This document shows positions 1 to 10,250 of a DNA stretch of 64,000 bases, piece by piece. The translations under genes were made by a program, and so were the position numbers. The DNA lies in contig CALYAD010000054.1 of the NCBI GenBank assembly GCA_944393415.1, positions 34,989 through 98,988 of the forward strand, given 5' to 3'. The stretch is from an uncultured Clostridia bacterium. GTDB lineage: Bacteria; Bacillota; Clostridia; Oscillospirales; CAG-272. Every line of letters starts with the position of its first letter. Within the stretch, counting starts at the first letter, position 1. The notes below the pieces were generated by a model that was not told the DNA's origin, searched no databases, and saw only the letters and a list, made by a program, of their open reading frames with translations.

Positions 1-587
1 GAAATAAAAAAGTCCGCTTCCTCAAAGGTGATGCCTACGGCCGCAAAAACCACGGCGAATTTATCATCCGTCCCGCGCACCCGTGCCTGACGAGCTATCT
101 GAGCCGCAAGCTCCGCGTGCGGAAGCCCCGCCGCTGAAAATATCGGCAGCTTTTGTCCTCTTACCAAGGTATTCAGTCCGTCAATTGTGGATATTCCGGT
201 CTGAATGAACTCGGACGGATAATTTCTTGCCGCGGGGTTTATCGGCGTACCGTTTATATCAAGCATTTTCTCGGGAATCAGCCTTGGTCCGTTATCGATC
301 GGCATGCCCATACCGTTGAAAACGCGTCCGAGCATTTCTCCGGATACACCAAGCTGTACCCCGTGACCGGTAAAACGGACCTTGCTTGACGACAGATTTA
401 ACCCCGCGGCGTTCTCAAACAGCTGTACGAGTACGTTTGAGCCGTTGACCTCAAGCACCCGGCAGCGCCTTATGCTGCCGTCCTCCAGTTCTATCTCTCC
501 AAGCTCGTCGTATTTTACCCCCTCTACCTGCCTTATCAGCATCAGAGGACCGGCGACCTCCTCTATGGTTCTGTATTCACGAATCAT
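1..587 (-). CDS. ntpB: V-type ATP synthase subunit B, N-terminal part (3' end lies beyond the window edge)
   Basis: Absent from the ORF track because it has no stop in the window. Manual minus-strand translation from ATG 587 gives [38 protein letters not shown]...[27 protein letters not shown]. This is a typical V/A-ATPase B N-terminus, and the gene directly follows subunit A. Confidence 0.85.
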   Translation of the reverse strand, partial: MIREYRTIEEVAGPLMLIRQVEGVKYDELGEIELEDGSIRRCRVLEVNGSNVLVQLFENAAGLNLSSSKVRFTGHGVQLGVSGEMLGRVFNGMGMPIDNGPRLIPEKMLDINGTPINPAARNYPSEFIQTGISTIDGLNTLVRGQKLPIFSAAGLPHAELAAQIARQARVRGTDDKFAVVFAAVGITFEEADFFI

Positions 588-631
588 TTTTATGACCTTT
601 CCTTTCGCAAAATCACGCTGCCAACTGATAA

Positions 632-2416
632 TCAGGCTTTTTCCGCCTCTCTTACAAGCTCTTCAAGCTGCTCGTCAAGCTCGGATTCTATTTTCTTGTA
701 TTCCTCTTTATATTCGGCATATGGGATCATTTTCGCGCGTCCTATTCCTTCACGAACCGGAAGCGAAGCGAGTCTGTTTATATCCGCGCCCTTCGCTATC
801 GCAGCCCCGCCTTTGCGATAATAAGAAAGAATAAGGCTTAAAAGCGCGGCCTGCTTGTCAAGGGGACAATAGCAGTCGTCAGGATCCATTGCGTCCTGCT
901 GCAGAAAATCCTCTCTTATAGAGCGCGCCGACTCCATTATAAGACGGTCCGACGGGGAAAGCGCGTCCATTCCAACCAGCTTGACTATTTCGTCAAGTCC
1001 GGTCTCCAGCTGCAGCAGTCTTGCGGCCTCGGTGCGGTTTTCCGTCCATTCTCCCGAAACGTTCTCCTCATACCACGGCGCAAGCCTGTCCTGATAAAGC
1101 GAATATGAGTTAAGCCAGTTTATCGCGGGAAAATGCCTGCGGTAAGCGAGTGATGAATCCAGTCCCCAAAATACTTTGACTATGCGCAGGGTCGCCTGAG
1201 TCACCGGCTCCGACAGGTCTCCCCCCGGAGGCGATACCGCCCCAATTGCCGAAAGAGAACCTGTTCTTCCGTCCCCTCCCAGGCATTTTACGGTTCCGGC
1301 TCTCTCATAAAACTGCGCGAGCCGTGAAGTCAGATAAGCCGGATATCCTTCCTCTCCGGGCATCTCCTCAAGTCGCCCCGACATCTCCCGCAAAGCCTCC
1401 GCCCATCTTGACGAAGAGTCCGCGATCACCGCGACGGAAAGTCCCATGTCCCGGAAATACTCCGCTATGGTTATCCCGGTATAAATGGACGCCTCGCGTG
1501 CCGCCACCGGCATATCGGAAGTGTTGGCTATCAGCACGGTGCGTTCCATAAGCGATCTGCCGGTCTTCGGGTCGTTAAGCTCGGGAAACTCACGCAGAAC
1601 GTCCGTCATTTCGTTTCCGCGTTCCCCGCATCCGACATACACAACTATGTCGACGTCCGAAAACTTTGCTATCTGATGCTGTACCACCGTTTTGCCCGAA
1701 CCGAAAGGGCCGGGGATACATGCGGTGCCTCCCCTGGCGATCGGGAACATTGTGTCCATATTGCGCTGCCCCGTTATCATAGGCGTGTTTGGGGGGAGCT
1801 TTTCGGTATACGGCCTCGGAACCCTTACAGGCCATTTCTGCATCAGGGTAAGCTCCCTTATTTCGCCTTTGTCGGTTTTAAGCTTTGCCACGCACTGCTC
1901 CACCGTGAAAGCGCCGGATGAGATCTCCGTTATGATTCCGCTCACATTCGGCGGGACCATTATACGGTGTTCTATTATCTCCGTTTCCCTGACAGTGCCT
2001 ATTACGCTGCCTCCGCCTACCCTGTCGCCCGGCTTTGCCGACGCGCTGAATTCCCAAATGATACTTCTGTCAAGCGCCGGCGCCTCCACTCCGCGTATAA
2101 GGTTCGCGCCCGCGAGAAGACGGAGCTTCTCAAGCGGCCGCTGGATACCGTCGTATATGTTTTTTATCAGCCCCGGACCGAGCTCGACCGAAAGCGGAGC
2201 ACCGGTGGAAACCACGTCGTCCCCTCTGCCGATGCCGGCTGTCTCCTCATAGACCTGGATGGACGCGCGGTCGCCGTGCATTTCTATTATTTCACCGATA
2301 AGCCTTTGCTTTCCGACGCGGACCACGTCAAACATATTTGCGTTTCTCATTCCCTCGGCAATTATAAGTGGACCTGAAACCTTAACGCTTTTCCCGACTA
2401 TCGTACTACCGTCCAT
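632..2416 (-). CDS. ntpA: V-type ATP synthase catalytic subunit A
   Basis: Long ORF with Walker A GPFGSGKT and A-subunit-wide similarity. Start moved to the second ATG (MDGSTIV), 10 nt after an AAGAAAGGAAT Shine-Dalgarno. The first ATG lies inside the SD. Confidence 0.95.
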   Translation of the reverse strand: MDGSTIVGKSVKVSGPLIIAEGMRNANMFDVVRVGKQRLIGEIIEMHGDRASIQVYEETAGIGRGDDVVSTGAPLSVELGPGLIKNIYDGIQRPLEKLRLLAGANLIRGVEAPALDRSIIWEFSASAKPGDRVGGGSVIGTVRETEIIEHRIMVPPNVSGIITEISSGAFTVEQCVAKLKTDKGEIRELTLMQKWPVRVPRPYTEKLPPNTPMITGQRNMDTMFPIARGGTACIPGPFGSGKTVVQHQIAKFSDVDIVVYVGCGERGNEMTDVLREFPELNDPKTGRSLMERTVLIANTSDMPVAAREASIYTGITIAEYFRDMGLSVAVIADSSSRWAEALREMSGRLEEMPGEEGYPAYLTSRLAQFYERAGTVKCLGGDGRTGSLSAIGAVSPPGGDLSEPVTQATLRIVKVFWGLDSSLAYRRHFPAINWLNSYSLYQDRLAPWYEENVSGEWTENRTEAARLLQLETGLDEIVKLVGMDALSPSDRLIMESARSIREDFLQQDAMDPDDCYCPLDKQAALLSLILSYYRKGGAAIAKGADINRLASLPVREGIGRAKMIPYAEYKEEYKKIESELDEQLEELVREAEKA

Positions 2417-2589
2417 ATTACATAGCATTCCTTTCTTACGCCGAACCAGCGTTTTATGTGTTTTGCTCTCTGACGGGTCCGCGCCATGACATATGGCAAG
2501 GGACCCGCACCCCCCCTTAGCATTCTAATTTATATAGATATATCGCAAGTACTTTCAGACCGGACATGATTAAAACAGAATTATAACAG

Positions 2590-2901
2590 TTATAACAGCA
2601 GATTCATTCCGACAGCGCGTTCACAGGCCTTGCGCAGTGTCTCCATACCATAGCCCGTTCCTCCGGAGGCTCCGGGGATGGTTATTATCGCGGGGACCGG
2701 ATCGTCCTTATATCTTTCTGTCTGCTCGGAAAGCGCCGCGGCGTATTCTTCCGTGATAAATATTACCGCGCAGTCCTCGCCTATCATTTTCTTCAGACCT
2801 TCAAGGGCGCGCTCCGGTGTGTCGGCTATAAAAATCTCAAATCCGCTCGCCATAAAGCACATAACGCTTTCCCGCGTTCCTATAACACCGATCCTATACA
2901 T
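2590..2901 (-). CDS. V-type ATP synthase subunit F
   Basis: MYRIGVIGTRESV...IITIPGASG matches the small F subunit. Its operon position between C and A fits. Start set at the ATG 10 nt after AAGAAAGGAAT. Confidence 0.85.
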   Translation of the reverse strand: MYRIGVIGTRESVMCFMASGFEIFIADTPERALEGLKKMIGEDCAVIFITEEYAAALSEQTERYKDDPVPAIITIPGASGGTGYGMETLRKACERAVGMNLLL

Positions 2902-3019
2902 TTTTATAACCATTCCTTTCTTAAGCCCAAAGTGTTCGCGCGTCTGTCTTTTCCGGACTCACGCGGTTATAAAAAACTTACCCCTGATCGTGGGAAATGG
3001 GGACGTCCGATAAATAACC

Positions 3020-4024
3020 TTAATAAAGTCTTGCGAGGATCTCCGATTCGCCGTAACCCGATCTTTTGCCCGCAAGTAAAATCCTTAAATTTCTCGCCTC
3101 ATTTTCAATCCCCGCCAGATAGAGAGCCACCGTCTCGGCTCCCGTCAGCGTTTCCCTTGCCTTTTCAAGCTCGGTAATATACGCCTGACCGCATATTCTT
3201 TCAGCCTCGGACACCCTGATTTCCGACACGGACATCGCCCGTCCCAGCTTTTCATATTCAGTGTATATCAGCTTTTCGGCAAGCGCCCGCTCTTTTTCTT
3301 TTATCTCATCCGCAAATACGGCCGCAAAAAAATCCTTGCGTAACCCACCGCCGGCGACCATTGCTTCCCCGAAAATATTTTCCGATTGAACAGAGGGAAC
3401 GCGGATAAGCCGTATTGCCGTGAGAATATTGGCAATATCCGCTTTTATACTCAGTATTTTACTGAAAAACTCAAGCGGATTTTCTTTTACCGATTCCTCC
3501 ATGTCACAAAAGCACGCCGCGTCTATAAGCAGATCTATGGTCTGCGGATTGTGTGTCCGCGCGTACGCCTCCCTTGCCGCCTCCGCAGCCTTAGACATAT
3601 TTTCCGGAAATACGGAAAAATCGCGCTTGGCCACGGATTCTGTTATTTTATCCGCCGGCACGCTGCCAAGAGGTATTATCAGGCGTTCAGGGGAGATACC
3701 CTTTTCGGCGCACTTGAGCAGTGATTTGAGATTATGACAATCATACGGATAGGTAAAAACGGAAAAAAGCTCCGGCTGCGGCACGTCGGCGATAACAGAG
3801 CAAAAGGAGTCGGTAAGTCTTTTATTTACCGCTTCCTCAAAATCCATGTCGCCGTATTGGTTTTTTTCCGCTTTTACACCGCTCTCCTCAAGCATACGGT
3901 ATAGCTCTTCGGCGCTGCGAGCCTTTGCCATTTCAGTCATTCTTTCAAAGGAGATCAGTGAAGCTGACAGCGCGTTTATCCGTGAGGATACGAAAATATA
4001 ATCCTCGTAATTATATTCAAGCAT
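3020..4024 (-). CDS. ntpC: V-type ATP synthase subunit C (d-type)
   Basis: 334 aa. Size, operon position and sequence character match NtpC. SD is AAGAAAGGAG. Confidence 0.85.
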   Translation of the reverse strand: MLEYNYEDYIFVSSRINALSASLISFERMTEMAKARSAEELYRMLEESGVKAEKNQYGDMDFEEAVNKRLTDSFCSVIADVPQPELFSVFTYPYDCHNLKSLLKCAEKGISPERLIIPLGSVPADKITESVAKRDFSVFPENMSKAAEAAREAYARTHNPQTIDLLIDAACFCDMEESVKENPLEFFSKILSIKADIANILTAIRLIRVPSVQSENIFGEAMVAGGGLRKDFFAAVFADEIKEKERALAEKLIYTEYEKLGRAMSVSEIRVSEAERICGQAYITELEKARETLTGAETVALYLAGIENEARNLRILLAGKRSGYGESEILARLY

Positions 4025-4058
4025 TTTACAGGGCCGACTCCTTTCTTACGGAGCGTGA

Positions 4059-4697
4059 CTAAAACAGTACACGGCTGATCTCAGCCGTATATTTTTCCCT
4101 TGCGTCCCTTAGCAGGATTTCAAAGGTCGCGTTTATCTCCACGTCGCCCCGTCTGACTATTAACCCGCCTGACGTATCCGCACAGGCGTCCGCAAGCGCA
4201 ACAGCACATCCGTTTTTCTTCGCGTACGGCGCTGCCGCCGATATCAGCTCTTTTCCGAGCCTATCCCGATCCTTCTTGTTCAGAAAGACGATAAAAAGGT
4301 CGGGATCCTTCACCTCATATCCGAAGCCGTCGTCCTCCGCACGCCCAATCGAACCTATAGCTTCCTTCAGAGTCCGCTCAAGAAAATCAAGGTAGCGTTT
4401 TTTATCAAGAGAGGAAAGCCGCTCCCCAGCCTGCTCGAAGACCTGGTCTATCTTTGCGCTTTTGGCGTCAAGAAGTATATTCCTGTCGAGTACATCGGCT
4501 GAAGACGCAGCTCTGACAATCACTGCCTCGCACTCTTTTTTCCCTTTTTCCACAAGATCAAGGTAGCTTTTTTCCGCGCTTTCCCTTGCGTCGTCAATTA
4601 TCCTCTTGCACTGCGCTTCGGCGTTGCTTTTGACCCCGGAGGCGTACTCTCTGGCATCGCTTATTATTTTTGACGTAATACTTTCAATGCTGTTCAT
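4059..4697 (-). CDS. ntpE: V-type ATP synthase subunit E
   Basis: 212 aa with a charged coiled-coil N-terminus and a globular C-terminus. It sits between K and C. Confidence 0.8.
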   Translation of the reverse strand: MNSIESITSKIISDAREYASGVKSNAEAQCKRIIDDARESAEKSYLDLVEKGKKECEAVIVRAASSADVLDRNILLDAKSAKIDQVFEQAGERLSSLDKKRYLDFLERTLKEAIGSIGRAEDDGFGYEVKDPDLFIVFLNKKDRDRLGKELISAAAPYAKKNGCAVALADACADTSGGLIVRRGDVEINATFEILLRDAREKYTAEISRVLF

Positions 4698-4721
4698 CTG
4701 GCGACATAACCTTTCCCAGTC

Positions 4722-5216
4722 TTATACGTTGGTTACAAGGAATATTGAGATAAGAAATCCGAGTATAGCGTAAAGCTCTACAAGAGACGCGTTCAGCATG
4801 GCTATAACAAACTTGTCCTTACGTTTTGCGATGAGATTTATGCCCGCTATCGCCGCCTTCGCCTGATACTGAGCCGAAATCAGACCGGAAAGCGCCACCG
4901 GCAGCCCGGCTATAAGATAATGCGCGCCCTGTGAAACGGTGATCTGCGAAACATCCGCGCCGGACAGAAGTCCGGTACCGTTAATTATCAATATCGCTAT
5001 AACAAAGCCGTAAAGTCCCTGAGTGGCGGGAAGGGCTTCAAGAAGCATTACCCGTCCGGTCATAGACGGCTGCTCGGCAAGCAGACCGTCGGCGGCACAC
5101 GCCGCGCTACCCACACCCTTCGCCGATCCGATACCGGATAGCGCCACAGCGAGAAAGGCTCCCAGAAAGGCGAGCGCCGCTCCGCTGAAAATTGAAGAAA
5201 AGAAATCGCCAAGCAT
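4722..5216 (-). CDS. ntpK: V-type ATP synthase proteolipid subunit K (4-TM, double hairpin)
   Basis: 164 aa. It is near-colinear with Enterococcus hirae NtpK as I remember that sequence (LPATQGLYGFVIAILI; LVELYAILGFLISIFLV). GGAGGA SD. Confidence 0.9.
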   Translation of the reverse strand: MLGDFFSSIFSGAALAFLGAFLAVALSGIGSAKGVGSAACAADGLLAEQPSMTGRVMLLEALPATQGLYGFVIAILIINGTGLLSGADVSQITVSQGAHYLIAGLPVALSGLISAQYQAKAAIAGINLIAKRKDKFVIAMLNASLVELYAILGFLISIFLVTNV

Positions 5217-5242
5217 TTTTTAATCCTCCGATGACGTTTATT

Positions 5243-7207
5243 TTAATTTGTTTTTTGTGACTTTTCCTTTAATATTTCCGAATTCGTTATATCCGGGGTA
5301 ACCGGAATGAACGGTCTGCCGCCGTCCTCGTAAAACTTACCGAAAAATTCGATAAACTGCAGACGGCTTGTGTGGACAAAGGTTCCGAGTATATTTATTG
5401 CCAGGTTAAGGGCATGTCCGAGCAGTATTACAAGCACGAACATCACCACTCCTATCAAAGTCGGTCCCCCCATCGTGGCTATCATGTTGAAAACGTTAGC
5501 GATAATGGCGGAGGCAAGCCCGAGAGCCATTATTCTCGTATATGAGATCATATCCGCCAAGTAATTTATAATTCCGTACAGACTGCCGATACCCTTCAAG
5601 AGCTTCATGAATATATTTTTTTCATGCCTTCCTTGGGTCAGAACAAGCATCGCGATCCCGGCGCCGGCCACCGCGATACCCGCCGTGGTATTCAGAAAGT
5701 AAAGCCCGACACCGGCGAAAAGCACGAACCAGCTTCCCTCGTCAAATACGGCTGACCAAGGCTGTCCGCTTTTGCACAGAACGTAAAACCTTATTCCCAT
5801 TCCGGTCAGCATATGAGCGGCGCCCACCGCCAGCGCCAGCGCTATAAACGCCATGGACTGGGTTACTATATCCATAGCCATCCATATATTTATATCTATA
5901 CCGAACATGCTTTTCATGAACTGCTGCGGAAAATCGCCCAGATAGCTGCCGAAGATAATCCCCCAGATGATACTTGAGACTCCGCACACCCCGAACATCG
6001 CGCAAACGTTCTTTACTTCTCTTGAAACATTCGCCTTTTTAACTATGATCAGGCAGCCGAGCGAAAGTATCAGTCCGTAAACCACGTCCGCCAGCATGAT
6101 ACCGAATATTATGAAGAAGAATATCATCATTATTGACGTGGGGTCAAAGGTTCCGTATGCCGGGAGCGAATACATCGATACCACCGATTCAAAATACCTC
6201 GCGGGCTTACCGTTTACCAGATGTACCGGGACGTCGTCCCCCTCCTCCGGCTCGGAATATTCATAATAGACTGTCTCTTTTGACATTTCCGTATCCAGAG
6301 CTTTAGTATACTCAAGCGGAATCCATCCGGAAAGTATGACCGTACGGTCTGTGCACAGAAGCCTTTGCTTGGTATCCGCGAGTCTCACACGAGTGTTTGC
6401 CATGTCGAGCGCCACCCTCAGTCCGTCAAAGCTTTCAGAGGCGTCCTCAACGCTTTTTGTGAGCAAAGAGGTATCCCGCTCAAGCTCCTCAAGTCTTTCG
6501 CGTATCTTAGTTGCCTCGCCCGCCGGAGTACCGGAAAGTCCGGGAAACTCGATTCTTGTAAACCCGCACCGCGAAAGAAACCGCATCGTCTCCTCCTCGT
6601 TTGAGATAAGATACGTGACACTGATATATCTTACGTTTCTGTCCCTTCCCACCTCGTCAGTCACGGCGTATATCCTGTTCTCGCCGTCCAGGGCTTCCAG
6701 TCTTTCGTCTCCTATCGATTTCGGAAGTGTTCCGAGCACGGTCCTGGTAAGAGAGGTCGAGGAATCCGAAAGCCGCATGTCATAGGACAGCCATGGTATC
6801 AGTGACGAAAGACGGCTTTTTAACGCTTCCCGCTCGCCGCCAAGCGCCTCGAGCTCTTTCACCGTTAAGTTTATCTGACGCGCCTTATCAAGAAGCTGGA
6901 TATATGTCAGCTCACCTATGTTTCCGGCGTCAAAATCCTCACGACTGACCGCTGGAAGCGGAGAAAACAGACCTGATCTCACTTCGCCGTACTCTGATAC
7001 GGCGGCGACAGCCGCCATAAGCTCTTCCGCCTCCGACTGCGCCGAGGCTTTTTCCGTGTCGTAGAGCGTCTGCCGCTCAGACAGCGATATATCGTCCTGT
7101 AACTTTTCAACCTCGACGACGCCGAGCCACATCAGTTTACGCATGATCCTGCCCGCGTCCTGCTTCATAAGAGCCATGGTAAGCTTTTTCATTTTACTTA
7201 CCGACAT
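5243..7207 (-). CDS. ntpI: V-type ATP synthase subunit I (a-type stator)
   Basis: 654 aa with a soluble coiled-coil N-terminal half and a polytopic C-terminal half. AAAGGAGG SD. Confidence 0.9.
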   Translation of the reverse strand: MSVSKMKKLTMALMKQDAGRIMRKLMWLGVVEVEKLQDDISLSERQTLYDTEKASAQSEAEELMAAVAAVSEYGEVRSGLFSPLPAVSREDFDAGNIGELTYIQLLDKARQINLTVKELEALGGEREALKSRLSSLIPWLSYDMRLSDSSTSLTRTVLGTLPKSIGDERLEALDGENRIYAVTDEVGRDRNVRYISVTYLISNEEETMRFLSRCGFTRIEFPGLSGTPAGEATKIRERLEELERDTSLLTKSVEDASESFDGLRVALDMANTRVRLADTKQRLLCTDRTVILSGWIPLEYTKALDTEMSKETVYYEYSEPEEGDDVPVHLVNGKPARYFESVVSMYSLPAYGTFDPTSIMMIFFFIIFGIMLADVVYGLILSLGCLIIVKKANVSREVKNVCAMFGVCGVSSIIWGIIFGSYLGDFPQQFMKSMFGIDINIWMAMDIVTQSMAFIALALAVGAAHMLTGMGIRFYVLCKSGQPWSAVFDEGSWFVLFAGVGLYFLNTTAGIAVAGAGIAMLVLTQGRHEKNIFMKLLKGIGSLYGIINYLADMISYTRIMALGLASAIIANVFNMIATMGGPTLIGVVMFVLVILLGHALNLAINILGTFVHTSRLQFIEFFGKFYEDGGRPFIPVTPDITNSEILKEKSQKTN

Positions 7208-7247
7208 ACGACAGACCTCCTTTCACTTATTTTTCATTTTATAACAG

Positions 7248-7565
7248 TTATTTTTCACCCAAAATAGCCGAAACGATCATTTCAGCCGCCTCCGCGGTTT
7301 TTGCTTCCACTGTTTCCGTGAGATTAGCCGCGTTTTCATACGAGGCTATACGCATGGCGTCAATTCGCTCCTCCGCCGCTCGCCTGGCCGCGGCGAGAGC
7401 CTCCTTATTTTCATTTTCCGCGCGCGCAACGGCTTCCCGGCGAAGCCTTTCCGCTTCCTCCAAGGCCTGCTTTACGCTATTCTTTGCCTCCTGCTCCGCC
7501 TGACGGCGGATCTCATACGCCTCATTTTCAGCGCCTTTTATTCTGTCTATAATATTCCTCGACAT
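7248..7565 (-). CDS. V-ATPase peripheral-stalk subunit G/H-like coiled-coil protein
   Basis: 105 aa, Ala/Glu/Arg-rich all-helical sequence. It is the first gene of the operon, as in ntp/atp V-type operons. Confidence 0.55.
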   Translation of the reverse strand: MSRNIIDRIKGAENEAYEIRRQAEQEAKNSVKQALEEAERLRREAVARAENENKEALAAARRAAEERIDAMRIASYENAANLTETVEAKTAEAAEMIVSAILGEK

Positions 7566-7757
7566 TGTAATCTCCCATGCCGCCTTAAGGGGGCTCGAAA
7601 TCCGTTTCGCGGCTTAAAATATTAAGAAAAATTTTCGCAAGAAAATTTTTAAGCGGTAAAGCGCCTGATCGCTGATTTGATACAACGTTATTTTACGCTG
7701 TACTATTTTCAGCCGCCCGGTCGCCGCCGATAAATATTGGAAATCTTTACATTTAGT

Positions 7758-7786
7758 ATTTTAACACTTTTTTATCTCAATGTCAA
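7758..7786 (-). promoter_or_regulatory. Sigma-A type promoter for the V-ATPase operon
   Basis: The minus strand reads TTGACA, 17 nt, TAAAAT, with TGn immediately upstream of the -10 (extended -10). It lies about 190 nt upstream of the first operon gene. Confidence 0.6.
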
Positions 7787-7931
7787 CAATTATTCTTATC
7801 GCGTTTTTTTATAATATTTATAAGATCAAAAAAAATCACGTATATTTCATGAAACAATTAGCCATAAAATCGACATATGTGTTAAAATCCCGCTAAGAAA
7901 TCATTTTATTAATATTTTGTATAAAAAAACT

Positions 7932-8561
7932 TTACCCGTTTTTATTATGTTTTCCGTTAAACAGATCTGCAAAGCGGCTTCTTTTCCTGACGCCATTGGC
8001 TTCCGGAGCTTTTATTTCACTAAAGAACCTTTTAACGTCCCTCATCCGGCATTCTCCGTTTTTCCACAGATCATTTACACTGTACAGTGTTGGTCTGCCT
8101 CCGCGTAAATAAAAGCCGTCGTAATGAGCCTTTGGCTTATATGAAATAAAATCCGAAAGCCCGCATACCGTTTCCGTCTCCACGTCCCAAGTCCTTATAT
8201 CCAAGGCGTATGATTTTATTATTCCTCCCGAAACAGAAATTATTTCATCTTTTACCGAAATATATCGCCCATGTTCTGAAATTATCGTAATCGACATACG
8301 ATACTCCTTTTGAGGAAACAGGGACCGCCGTCCCCCGCTTTCCATAAAAGAATTGAATTCCGCCTCCGCCTTCTGAAAAGCTTTCTCCCTGACAAATTTG
8401 GAGAAGCTTTCCGATTTCGATCTGAAAAGCGTACTGAGCTTTTCTTTCCCCTCTATTTCCGGATAACGGACAAGCAGCAGAGCCACCCTGCACCCTGAGC
8501 AGCTTTTTTCGTCTTTGATCTCACAGGAATTTACCGTCATATCAGTAACCGTACCTTTCAT
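7932..8561 (-). CDS. Hypothetical protein (209 aa)
   Basis: Only a long ORF. It is visibly more AT-rich than its neighbours and has no motif I can name with confidence. Any resemblance to DUF3298/DUF4163-type domains is a guess. Confidence 0.45.
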   Translation of the reverse strand: MKGTVTDMTVNSCEIKDEKSCSGCRVALLLVRYPEIEGKEKLSTLFRSKSESFSKFVREKAFQKAEAEFNSFMESGGRRSLFPQKEYRMSITIISEHGRYISVKDEIISVSGGIIKSYALDIRTWDVETETVCGLSDFISYKPKAHYDGFYLRGGRPTLYSVNDLWKNGECRMRDVKRFFSEIKAPEANGVRKRSRFADLFNGKHNKNG

Positions 8562-8626
8562 TTTTTGATGCTTTTATAAATAATATGCGGTAAACATAAT
8601 TATTATTTCAGCGATAAAAACAGCTT

Positions 8627-8660
8627 TAAGGGGGAACTTTTTGAAAAAAATTCCCCCTTA
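8627..8660. repeat. Hairpin repeat TAAGGGGGAACTTTTT-G-AAAAAAATTCCCCCTTA (family member)
   Basis: Inverted repeat with one mismatch, read directly. It sits inside a 200-nt repeat mosaic (8620-8820). Confidence 0.8.
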
Positions 8661-8790
8661 TGATCCCCTTCAAAAACTTTTATTAAAGGGGTATATGAAT
8701 TGATTTATGCGGGCGGCCTTTTGAAAGTCAGGATCGGCGCCATGTACCCTCAGCGCTCCGCTGAAGTCCGGAAAAGTTTCAGGAAAATGT

Positions 8791-8818
8791 AATAACCCCT
8801 TTTGAAAAAGGGGTTATT
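8791..8818 (-). terminator. Hairpin repeat AATAACCCCTTTTGAAAAAGGGGTTATT acting as the likely nfnB terminator
   Basis: Perfect inverted repeat starting 10 nt after the nfnB stop. Confidence 0.6.
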
Positions 8819-8827
8819 ACGGAAAAA

Positions 8828-10237
8828 TCATTTATTCATCAGATACTTATCAATAGCCGAAGCGGCGGTTTTGCCAGCTCCCATTGCCGAAATAACCGTC
8901 GCGGCGCCGGTTACCGCGTCGCCTCCGGCATATACCGCTTCTCGCGAGGTCAGACCGTCCTCACTTACGATTATCCCTCCGTGAGAATTGACGTCAAGCC
9001 CCTTTGTTGTATTCTTTATCAGAGGATTCGGCGAGGTACCGATAGACATAATGACAGTGTCAACATCCAAAACAAATTCTGAGCCTTCGATCGGGATCGG
9101 TCTGCGTCTGCCTTTGGCATCCGGCTCGCCCAGTTCCATCTTTATGCATCTCATTCCGGTCACAAAGCCGTTCTTGGGGTCACGGGGATCGTCCGGGTTA
9201 TTGTAACCGAGAATCTCCACGGGATTGCGAAGAATCTGGAAATCGATTCCCTCCTCAATAGCGTGCTCGACCTCCTCTTTTCTTGCCGGGATCTCCTCCA
9301 TTGAACGACGGTAAACTATGTACACCTTTTCAGCTCCGAGCCTGAGCGCGGTACGCGCGGCGTCCATAGCCACGTTTCCGCCGCCGACTACAGCGACCTT
9401 GCCGCCTTTCATTATCGGGGTATGGGGATCGTCAAGATACGCCTTCATAAGGTTACTTCTGGTCAGGAACTCGTTTGCGGAGTAAACTCCCTTTAGGGAC
9501 TCTCCCGGAATACCCATAAAATTCGGAAGCCCGGCGCCGGAGCCTATAAATACCGCCTCATAGCCCATTTCAAACAGCTCATCTATAGTAAGCGTTTTAC
9601 CTATAACCACATTTGGCTCGATATCAACGCCAAGCGCCATGAGCGCTTCCACCTCTTTGGCAACGATAGCTTTGGGCAGTCTGAATTCCGGAATACCGTA
9701 GACCAGAACTCCTCCCGCGGTGTGAAGCGCCTCATATACCGTTACCTTGTAGCCCTTTTTGGCAAGGTCTCCCGCGCAGGTAAGTCCGGAAGGACCGGAG
9801 CCTACCACAGCCACCCTATGACCGTTTGATTTCGGCGGTATCGGCTGTTCTTTTACATGCTCGTTATGATAATCCGCTACAAATCTTTCAAGCCTTCCTA
9901 TACCGACAGGCTCGAATCTTATACCGAGAGTACATTTGCTTTCGCACTGGGTTTCCTGTGGACAGACGCGTCCGCAGACCGCAGGCAAAGAGGAGGATTT
10001 GGTTATTTCCGTGTACGCGCCCTCGAAATCACCGTTTTTGATATGTGAAATAAAATCGGGAATATTTATATTTACCGGACAACCCTGTACGCAGGGCTTG
10101 TTTTTGCAGTTCAGACAACGCTTTGCCTCCTCCACGGCTATCTCCGCGGTATATCCGAGTGCGACCTCGGAAAAATTGTGCGCTCTGACCTCCGGAGCCT
10201 GTGTGGGCATTTCATGTTTTTTAGGATCTACAGCCAC
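8828..10237 (-). CDS. nfnB: NADPH-dependent glutamate-synthase-beta/SudA-like oxidoreductase (NfnB-type large subunit)
   Basis: Two Cys clusters (CLNCKNKPC, CPVNINIP), two Rossmann GxGxxG motifs (VVGSGPSG, VVGGGNVA) and GGD near the C-terminus. Start trimmed to GTG 10237, 7 nt after GGAGGA. The longer tracked ORF would overlap nfnA by 134 nt. Confidence 0.85.
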   Translation of the reverse strand: MAVDPKKHEMPTQAPEVRAHNFSEVALGYTAEIAVEEAKRCLNCKNKPCVQGCPVNINIPDFISHIKNGDFEGAYTEITKSSSLPAVCGRVCPQETQCESKCTLGIRFEPVGIGRLERFVADYHNEHVKEQPIPPKSNGHRVAVVGSGPSGLTCAGDLAKKGYKVTVYEALHTAGGVLVYGIPEFRLPKAIVAKEVEALMALGVDIEPNVVIGKTLTIDELFEMGYEAVFIGSGAGLPNFMGIPGESLKGVYSANEFLTRSNLMKAYLDDPHTPIMKGGKVAVVGGGNVAMDAARTALRLGAEKVYIVYRRSMEEIPARKEEVEHAIEEGIDFQILRNPVEILGYNNPDDPRDPKNGFVTGMRCIKMELGEPDAKGRRRPIPIEGSEFVLDVDTVIMSIGTSPNPLIKNTTKGLDVNSHGGIIVSEDGLTSREAVYAGGDAVTGAATVISAMGAGKTAASAIDKYLMNK

Positions 10238-10250
10238 TTTCTCGTCCTCC

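Noticed and set aside
2429-2589. 160-nt spacer between V-ATPase F and A genes with a CGGGTCC-N20-GGACCCG stem-loop
   Set aside because: It is probably an ordinary intra-operon mRNA stability or processing hairpin. It has no repeat-family similarity and no ORF, so there is not enough signal to call a feature.
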